DNA from: Oculina patagonica
Lineage: Eukaryota
Reading direction: 5' to 3'
NCBI RefSeq assembly: GCF_052425735.1
Contig: NC_135768.1
Location: 2,046,001 to 2,110,000 of the forward strand
DNA length: 64,000 bases
Shown in pieces: positions 50,201 through 58,400 of the stretch. Numbering within the stretch: the first letter of the stretch is position 1; every line of letters begins with the position of its first letter. The notes under the pieces are model-generated. The model was not told the origin of the DNA. It did not search any database and was given only the letters and a program-made list of their open reading frames with translations. A program made the position numbers and the translations under genes.

Positions 50201-53200
50201 CAAAAATTTAATAAGTACATACATGTGCATAGTATTCCTACCTTTCTTACTTCCTTGTCAAAGGGTCTCTGTCAATCACATGAAAATAAAATTTATAAAT
50301 AAAAGTTTTAATAAATATTCACTGATTTCAATGAATTGTATGTTAATTGACTCCTAGGAAACTACTGTATGACATTGACACAGTTGACCAGGCATTTCAA
50401 TCACTGTTTTTTGACCCATTTAACAGGGTTTTCAGACAAAAAAGAATTGAAAAAGGTGGCTTTATTGTCGAAGTAGGTGGCTGATTTTGCCATCATTTAC
50501 CAAAGAATCAGAGGATATCCAAGCAGAGTAGCTGACCAAGAAGGTGGTGATTTTCGCGGGCTGCTGGCAACTTTTGACAACTTTGTAATTAAACAAAAAT
50601 CCAGACAACTTAATATGCATGTACAGTGAGCATGAGCTAAATAAATGCCACAGCTCTGGCACCAGCCATCTTGTTATGAAATCACTGGATTATCACTTAT
50701 GGTGATTGACTGACTGAGTCTGACTGACTGACTGACTGACTGGTTGACTNNNNNNNNNNNNNNNNNNNNNNNNNNNNNNNNNNNNNNNNNNNNNNNNNNN
50801 NNNNNNNNNNNNNNNNNNNNNNNNNNNNNNNNNNNNNNNNNNNNNNNNNNNNNNNNNNNNNNNNNNNNNNNNNNNNNNNNNNNNNNNNNNNNNNNNNNNN
50901 NNNNNNNNNNNNNNNNNNNNNNNNNNNNNNNNNNNNTGACTGATTGACTGACNNNNNNNNNNNNNNNNNNNNNNNNNNNNNNNNNNNNNNNNNNNNNNNN
51001 NNNNNNNNNNNNNNNNNNNNNNNNNNNNNNNNNNNNNNNNNNNNNNNNNNNNNNNNNNNNNNNNNNNNNNNNNNNNNNNNNNNNNNNNNNNNNNNCTGAC
51101 TGATTGACTGACTGACTGACTGGCTGGCTGGCTGGCTGGCTGACTGATTGACTGACTGACTGACTGGCTGGCTGACTGATTGACTTCACTCATGCTATAA
51201 AGAAATAACTTACATTATCTACAAAACATTTTGTACCAAGAATACTTACATCGTGATCAAGGATACGATCTATGTCATTGTTAAGTCGCCAATCTCTTGT
51301 TCGTGTGAATTGGCTGCAAGTAAAAGAAGGCAAATTACCAGTAAATTGTAATAGTTTTGTTAATTTTAACAGCTCAAGATGGATTCTATGAGTTATTAAA
51401 GATTTCTTCCCTTTAATTAGCTTAGGGAGTATTCATGTTAATAATTATAGGTGAGAAATCGAGAAGAAAATTGAGCATGTAAAGAGAATGATTGTTCACT
51501 TAGACTTCACTGAAATGACTGATTATAGTGATAATTTACCTTGTGCTCTGCATGCATTGCAGACCTATGACTCTAGAAAGACTGACATACCTGTAAGCTG
51601 CCTTTGGATCAAAGTTGCGTGCACGAAGAAATCTCAGAAGAGTAGCCTAGAATGGAAATAGAAATGTCTTTACACTCTGAGTTTCCATGAGTTTCTGATG
51701 AAGCCTTGAAAGTTTGCTTATGAATCATTAAACATTGTTTAAGGAACCATTGAGATATATTTGGGGCTAAACGGTGAGTTGAAATAACCTGTCAAAGTTT
51801 AAAGGGCTGAGGAAAACTTTGCTGCCTTCAAAAAAGGGCTGAAGAACATTAGATATTGTTAATAGTCAGTGCAAATAGGTTAGAAAAATAAGGAGTGTCA
51901 ATATTGAATAAGTACAGTCAGTATATACGTATTTGTCTTAGTGTTATTTTTGTTATCATTTATTTTAAGTTACGTTATACACGACCACATCAGCTCTGCT
52001 GTAAAATTATCGTGCCTAAATAAAAGACATATTATCATCATTATTATTACTATTATTGCAAATTTGATCAGTGATGAATTTAGACATGTTTTTGTACCAA
52101 GTGAGTGCCATTAATATTAAGATGGTTTTCGCCCAAGGCCTCTTAGCATGGTAACAGTTTAAGTACAGCTAACAAAAACCTGCCAAAAATTTAGCACTCA
52201 AGCTGACCCCGCGAGAGAAAAATGGATTTGAAGTTGTCAATATTTCAGTTAAAACGGACGTTTCGCACCAGTTCAAAACAAAATGGCGCGTGTTTTTAAC
52301 ATTTTTACGAGGTTTTACTTTAATTTTCTTGAGAATGCTTTAGAATTTAATTACGGGGTCACTAAGACAAATGAATTTCGATAAGATCTTTTAAATAGTA
52401 TACAAAATGTTGCCGCGCTATGAGTAGATTTTTGGTACTTAATTTTCGCACTCATTGCTCGAACCATCAGCAGAATCCGTCTTAATTATTATAATTTTTT
52501 TGCTGGAATTTAAAATTTGATAAAGCAGATTCCCTGGGAAGCATGTAATGTATTTTGTAACAACAGAAGCTTCAATCAGTCTGGCATTTTTCATTAGCAA
52601 TTCAAGAGCCAAGTTAACAACACAATTACCAGTATTTTTATTAACTAGTACATAATTTACATTTTAACAGATTGCGTACCAAAAAAGTTATTTCTCAATC
52701 AGATGCTTAATATTGAATTTCTTAATTTTGATGTCTGTAAAATTTCCTGAAATAATTATTGTCTATGCGTAGAACTATCTTGGTCAATCTACAGCTGTGA
52801 ATGTTTAATTACTAGCTACAAAATTAGAAAACTTTTGAAATCTCACAACAATAAAGAAATACAGTATGATTTCATTAGCAAGCTGACTTTATTAAAAACA
52901 AGATTTCTTTATATCTCATTTTATATATAAGTCAACCATTTACAGACAAAAAACTAATTTATATTTGAGCGTCAAGTTTTTACATTTAGATAGATATTAT
53001 GATGAAGAATTTTTTGGTGCATTTCTGAATTTTTTAAAAATCCATTCTGATAAACAGATTGCGTACCAAAAAAGTTATTTCTCAATCAGATGCCTAATAT
53101 TGAATTTCTTAATTTTGATGTCTGTAAAATTTCCTGAAATAATTATTGTCTATGCGTAGAACTATCTTGGTCAATCTACAGCTGTGAATGTTTAATTACT

Positions 53201-54590
53201 AGCTACAAAATTAGAAAACTTTTGAAATCTCACAACAATAAAGAAATACAGTATGATTTCATTAGCAAGCTGACTTTATTAAAAACAAGAAGATTTCTTT
53301 ATATCTCATTTTATATATAAGTCAACCATTTACAGACAAAAAACTAATTTATATTTGAGCGTCAAGTTTTTACATTTAGATAGATATTATGATGAAGAAT
53401 TTTTTGGTGCATTTCTGAATTTTTTAAAAATCCATTCTGATAAAAATTAACATGCTTAAGGAATTGTCACTAAGGCTTTGTAACAGTGCCAATGGTATTT
53501 TAAATAATGGATGTATAAGTTTTGCATAAAGCAAGACAAGTCTAAAATTGATTAAAATAAACATGCTTCAACAAACAATGTTAATTTCTTTTTGCCCTTT
53601 ATTTCACCCTGAGTCTCGGAAACGATTTTTTGTTAATTTTTACAGGATGAAATAAAGCAACAAAGTAGCGGACTTTCATTATAAATGCAAGAAAAACAAA
53701 CGATTAAAAAAAATAATTAAATAATAATATTCTATAGGAAACAGTCCATAAGCTTGTTTTCCATAGTTGAGGAAAAAATTTTTAACATTCAAATTTCGAA
53801 TCCCCACCGAACCACTTCTCGCTTACTATCTTTTGTTGAAAATATAACATTTACTTTTCGTCAATGTAAACAAGTTATTACCATATAGGTAAGTTACACC
53901 TCTTTGCGGGATTAAAGAAACGCAGCAAATATAAAGAAGAACTATTAATATACAGTATATATTTTTTTAAAAATTTAACCTTAACAAGACCCAATGTTTT
54001 GAATACAAACTTCTCAACTTGAAGTACATGTAATTGTAAAAATGGTACGTGTACAAAATCATGATCAAATTAATTCTCTCGTATTTTCATTCATTCTCAT
54101 ATTTTCGGAAACATTGTAATCATTGGAATAATCGTCGACGGCTTCTCTTAAACAAGCTGAAAGACGTATAAGGCATTAATGACACCACAAAGCGGAAATT
54201 GCTGTGTTTCAACATTCAATTTTCACATCTTTAGATCGTCATTTGCCAGGCAGTTTCACTCTCACGCAAGGCTATAATTTAATTTATATTACGTTTCATC
54301 GACGAGAAAAGCTTATATAAACACACAGGCGCAATCGGATGTTAGTCCGTTAAACAATCGAGGCAATTTACAGTTCTCGCCAAACTTGTTGTACGTTTAA
54401 GTGATACACAAACTTGTCACTGATCGTAAATTGTAGATTTCGTGCAGCTAAGATCGTATTGTCCCGTAATCTCCAGCTCTCGTTTAATACCTCTTACCTC
54501 ATCTGTTAATGTCTCTGCTGTTACCATTTCTTTCAAATCGTCAAGGGACTTTTCCTGAATGGGCGATAAGTCGCCCAAATATCCACTCAT
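41217..54590 (-). CDS. SEC14L2: SEC14-like lipid-binding protein (CRAL-TRIO_N + CRAL-TRIO + GOLD; SEC14L2/3/4-like), 16 exons, ~403 aa
   Basis: Phase-consistent GT-AG exons: 54590-54498 (MSGYLGDLSPIQEKSLDDLK), 51646-51591 (ATLLRFLRARNFD), 51313-51250 (DWRLNNDIDRIL), 50268-50242 (RPFDKEVRK), 50025-49933 (GGFHKHDKLGRPCYIE), 49079-48996, 47691-47630 (IHDMAG), 47310-47241 (DQDYYPERMGK), 47057-47035 (IFIVNTPW), 46090-45901 (KIFLDPKTRAK..LPEELGGT), 44720-44678, 44483-44472, 44279-44195 (IAWYF), 43129-42998 (DIQFGI), 42327-42247 (PGICTLVWDN) and 41313-41217 (stop). Total 1212 nt. The symbol indicates the family, not proven orthology. Confidence 0.92.
41598..41958. mobile_element. MITE family A, CCCAGG..GTACT termini, 8-bp TSD GGTGGATG
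   Basis: TIR GGGGTACTCCGGCTTGT.AATGACGGGGATGATCGAA; TSD at 41590-41597 and 41959-41966; reverse-orientation sister at 45106-45547. Confidence 0.9.
43344..43593. mobile_element. PIF/Harbinger-like MITE, TTA TSD
   Basis: AGCCCGGGCCAAACAAGGATGAGAGTTGATGAG / CTCATCAACTCTCATCCTCGTTTAGCCCGGGCT, flanked by TTA. Confidence 0.85.
43778..44089. mobile_element. MITE family B, CCCAGGGG..GTACTTGCAG termini, 8-bp TSD AGCA(T/C)GCA
   Basis: TIR GTACTTGCAGTATACATGACGG; near-identical copy at 46274-46578. Confidence 0.9.
45049..45805 (+). mobile_element. tRNA-derived CORE-like SINE interrupted by MITE family A
   Basis: Head GAGGCATGGTGGCCTAATGG; the body resumes at 45548 with TGTGTTCTCGGGCAAGACA..CCACCCAGGTATATAAATGGGTACC. 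Confidence 0.8.
45106..45547. mobile_element. MITE family A, 8-bp TSD GTCCAGGT
   Basis: TSD at 45098-45105 and 45548-45555; TIR as in 41598-41958. Confidence 0.9.
46274..46578. mobile_element. MITE family B, 8-bp TSD TGGTCACT
   Basis: TSD at 46266-46273 and 46579-46586. Confidence 0.92.
47814..48112 (-). mobile_element. Full-length tRNA-derived CORE-like SINE with 13-bp TSD
   Basis: Minus-strand head GGGAGGCGCGGCGGCCTAATGGTTAG..GAGTTCGAGCC (A/B boxes); CORE-like TGTGTTCTTGGGCA..CACTTTACTCTC..AAATGGG; TSD AAAATTCAACAAT at 47801-47813 and 48113-48125. Confidence 0.9.
48135..48972. repeat. Minisatellite, 76-bp unit x ~11, each unit an internal hairpin
   Basis: CAGACCTAT recurs at 48421, 48497, 48573 and 48649. 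The unit contains ATAGGCATGCAATGTGTGCAGAG..CTCTGCACACATTGCAGACCTAT. Confidence 0.95.
49260..49543 (-). mobile_element. CORE-like SINE copy (diverged)
   Basis: GCCCAAGAACACAACACAATGACCCCGGCCAGGGCTCGAACC matches the 47814-48112 family. Confidence 0.8.
49566..49854. mobile_element. Academ-like MITE (TAG..CTA termini, 3-bp TSD CTT)
   Basis: TIR TAGAGCGGTTTTCA.TTGAGTGTCG / CGACACTCAATTGAAAACTGCTCTA, with CTT on both sides. Confidence 0.8.
50705..51185. repeat. (GACT/GGCT)n microsatellite spanning N gaps (50750-50936, 50953-51095)
   Basis: Directly visible. Confidence 0.95.
52666..53443 (+). repeat. Near-perfect tandem duplication, ~387-bp unit
   Basis: AACAGATTGCGTACC starts at 52666 and 53053. 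By eye the copies differ by one substitution and a 3-bp indel. Confidence 0.93.
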
Positions 54591-55458
54591 CCTGAACGAT
54601 CCTGCTCCAAAGTTGTTGAACTGTTGTAAGCCGTTTATGGCCGTGAAAACGGGAAAATTATTATGCTTTCTCCGATATAATTACAGGACCCATTATAACG
54701 GGTGGCTGCTTGATAGACTACGTTATCTGCCTCGGACGACCTCGACCCGTATGGCAATCATTTGTGAATAATTTATCAACTTCCAACTTTTACGGAAAGG
54801 CAAACGAGTTGTTTTGATGAGAGAGGAGGGACGAGGACCCATATCCATACAAAACCCGCGCATTCTTGCGGGTGCAGTGAAGAGAAGCTGTATGTCATCA
54901 TAGTGCAAAGAACAGAGTACAACTCAAATATTTCAAAAACGATCCTCATATTTTAAAGTTATATTTTAACGAGTGATAGAAGAGTAGATAATGCCTTCTA
55001 AGACGCTTTTTTGGTGGAAAATATCCGAGAAAAATGAAATAAAAAGAAAGAGTTTGAAATGATTAAAATGCTAGAGTCTCCCAACGCCACTTGGCGGACT
55101 AACCAATTGGAACACGTGGCAATAGTCCGTCAGTTTCCCGGATGTACCAACACTCGGTTGCTTTGCCGTGAGCGTTCGAGGCGAAAGCGTTTTGGGAGAG
55201 CAAAGGGCTGATGTGATGCATCGAGAGTGAACCGTTATTCGTCATGGATTTCAGTGTGGTGCTACTGTTTCGTTGCAGAAAGGATAGAATGCTTAAATAA
55301 GTGTGATCTTGGGGAAAATATATTTGCGCAGAGGGCAGGATTGTGGAAAAACATTCGTTTTGCAAGACTGTCACGGATTCAAGCTTGCATTGTGTTTGCA
55401 AGCACATTTCTCGCCTTTCATTTCCTTTCAAGGTTTGAATTGCGAAAAATCGTGAAGG
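54591..55458. promoter_or_regulatory. Bidirectional promoter and 5' leaders between the SEC14-like gene and SETD2
   Basis: Divergent ATGs ~870 bp apart; CpG-richer sequence; CCAATTGG at 55103-55110 and CACGTG at 55113-55118. Confidence 0.6.
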
Positions 55459-58400
55459 ATGAGTGCTGAAGAAAGATCTGATAATTCTGGTCATACAGAC
55501 GATAGTGGGTAAGTCACATAGCGAGGAAAATCGCGTAAAAACAAAGTTTTTAGCTTCTTCAGGGATTATTAGACTGTTGTTGGGTTTATGGTGTATAAGC
55601 TTACATGTAGTAAAATCCACCGATGGCTTGTTTGGATTCGAAAACATGACCACAGGTCATAAACACGAGATCGGTTCATGAAAACGTGACCCTTATCTAA
55701 GAATCACTACGTTTTGACAAGAGCGGGCATGAATTTACTTACTATTTTAGCGAGAAGTTTACATTTGGCAGGTTGAGTGTTGTGGATTTCCCAAGGGCGG
55801 CCTCGAAGCCGCCGTGACCGCTAGTTCAATGCCATTTCTGTTTCTTTTGTTTGATCGCATTTCTTTTTTCGCACACCCTTATTTGTAGGAAAGTTGAAAT
55901 GAGTTTATTCTCTTTGCGAAGCTTTAATACTCTTGTGCATGATTTATACAAAGAAAAAATCAATCTTTGCACCGTACTTTAACCGTAACGAGACTACGAA
56001 TAATTAATCGGCGGAACGGAAGGAAGGAAATATACGAATTTGGCCTTTAAATCTGACCGTGGATTTTGTTACATCCCTTGATTTGACATTTGTCCTTTGA
56101 ATCGTCTGGCAGCGCCTACTCGAGTTCTATTTTTACCCCTACTCGGTGTTGTATTAAAGTATCTGTGATTTCCAACCAGGGTAAATTAAAATTTAAGCTT
56201 ACAACCAATCTATGATAAACTCGAACCTGTTTGAGAATATCTGGGTGATATTTTGTTGTGAAAGTTTGCCCGACCATGAAAAATGCAATTATACCAAACC
56301 ACTAGAAATTATTGGGTTCACACAACATTATACAGGCCTAAGTGTTTATTAAATCACTGGTCAGGTCTTGACCTACAAAATTGTAAGTACACTTAAAAAT
56401 TATTCTCATTACAGTATTTTGCATATTTTAAATATTGCAGGGTTAAAATGGATGGGTATTGTGCATCCAGGGATGTTGGAAGTTAGCTGTCCAAAATCTT
56501 TTGTGCAAAATCAATCATGCATAAATTGCATGTCCTTTCTAACACTAAATTTAGTACAAAAAAATAAACCAGGTTTGGGGTGCCGTTTTGTTTGGTAGGC
56601 AAACACATTAGAAATTAATAATAGTGTTCCATAATAGTTGGATTTCTGTCGTGTTTGCCTACCGAACAAAATAGTGCTAAAAACTGTGGCAAGGTATGAA
56701 TTATTTCAGCATTGTATACTTGAGTATTGAAGAATTTATGGCTTGCAAAATGTCAGATCCTAGGCGAAAGATCAGAAATACGAAGTTGTGTTCAGTTGGG
56801 GGAAAAAGTGCCAGTTTGGGAAATTCTTTGTTGAAGCACTCGAAGAATTTCTGAATTAATTTATCCAATTAAAAGCTAGCGCAAGTACTTGTGAGAAATC
56901 CGAAAGCAATAGTGTGTACAAATTCGTCATGATGCTTAGCAACTTTTTGGACGAAAACTGTGGGTTCAGTCACTTCTCGGAGAAGTGGGCGCATCAACTG
57001 GCACTTGTTCCCTCGAATGTGTTAGAAAGCGTGTAGGAGTAGGTGGCGGTGACGCTTAACTTGTTTGTCACGAGCTGATTGCTATGACCACTCACCAGAG
57101 TAGCCGGCAACCTATAATCAAGCTGGCAGAACTCCAGCTCTCGCCGGCTTGTTTTGAAAACTCTGCCTAAATTATGTTTGAAGGGAAATATTTACCAACA
57201 AATAAACAGGAAAATTGAAATGTGACTGGAGTGAATACTTAAGCAAAGCGTAAGCCCCCAAACGTGGTCAGAAATATTTTTTTAATTAGTAACAAAGTTT
57301 ACAAGTCAAATTTTCAGGAGTCAAGTTTTGCGGACAAGTGTACCAGTATTTTATTAACTGGGTATTAGGGCCATACTAGGAGAATATAGCCCCCAAGGTC
57401 TTGTCAATATAGGTCAAGTGCATTGTGGTTTGTAGAGAACAGGAAAAGGGCTGAAATTCTACCTGCACAGTAGCCTGTGTGCAGATGTCTTCCTTTCTTC
57501 CGTTTCCCAAGGAAGCTTTGTTAATAAAGGATGTCACTGCACAACATTATGATTGAAAAAGATTGTCAATGATTTTCCGAAATCTCTATTTTACAAAGCT
57601 CTGTTTTTCCTCTCTTGTTTCAGGTCTGATAGTGAGGAAGATGTAAGTTTGAACTTTACTGTTAACATAAAGGAATAAAGGAGGAGTTATAGTAGTAATT
57701 TCTCAGACCTCCTGAAAACTTGAAACAAAAGTTGTTTCTCTTGGATTAACTCCACTTAGTTGAAAACTGGATTTTTACCCCTACAACCCTCCAAGTTAAC
57801 ACCATGTTAGTCACCATGGCGACTAAAACTTTGGAGTTGGGGAAAAAATTGGAACTGAAGTCACCAGCCTGGCAACTTAAATTGAAAAGAAGGATTGAAA
57901 GCATAAGATTAATTTAGCAACTTAAATTTTTCACTGGTGACTAAACTTGAGCAGTCGGTGACCAAATGGCCACTAAGGAAAAAAATAAACTTGGAGGGTT
58001 GCCCTAATACATGTATCTCGAACTTCTGATTTCTGTAACCAATTTTTGTTTCCCATAGAGGTTTGAGAAATCAGTATTCCATGGTAATATCAAGTCATGT
58101 TCTTGATTGTAAACCATCGTGATCTCTAGAACTGACATAAAAAGAAATCTAATGAAGGCAGTAATATTGGTATCTGGAAATTGATGATAATTATTTGTTG
58201 TTTTCTTTCCTAGGTGTCAGGCGAACATGTCATTTCTTCCACAGAAGAATATCAGCCTCCTTATTATGAGCATGTTGAGGAGAATGTGTATTTATTTGAC
58301 AGGTGAGTTTCATTGTAAGTTAAGTGTGATGTTTAACTGTATATGAAACTAGTTATCCGCATTAAAATCATTAATCATTGTGATTATTACTTGGTTATGC

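Noticed and set aside
50674-51193. SQSV-repeat ORFs
   Set aside because: Microsatellite plus N gaps.
51695-51715. CTGATGA..GAAA hammerhead-like core
   Set aside because: No stem II or stem I/III pairing.
55099-55653. 184-aa minus-strand ORF
   Set aside because: It is antisense to the SETD2 leader and exon 1, with no recognisable domain; likely incidental.
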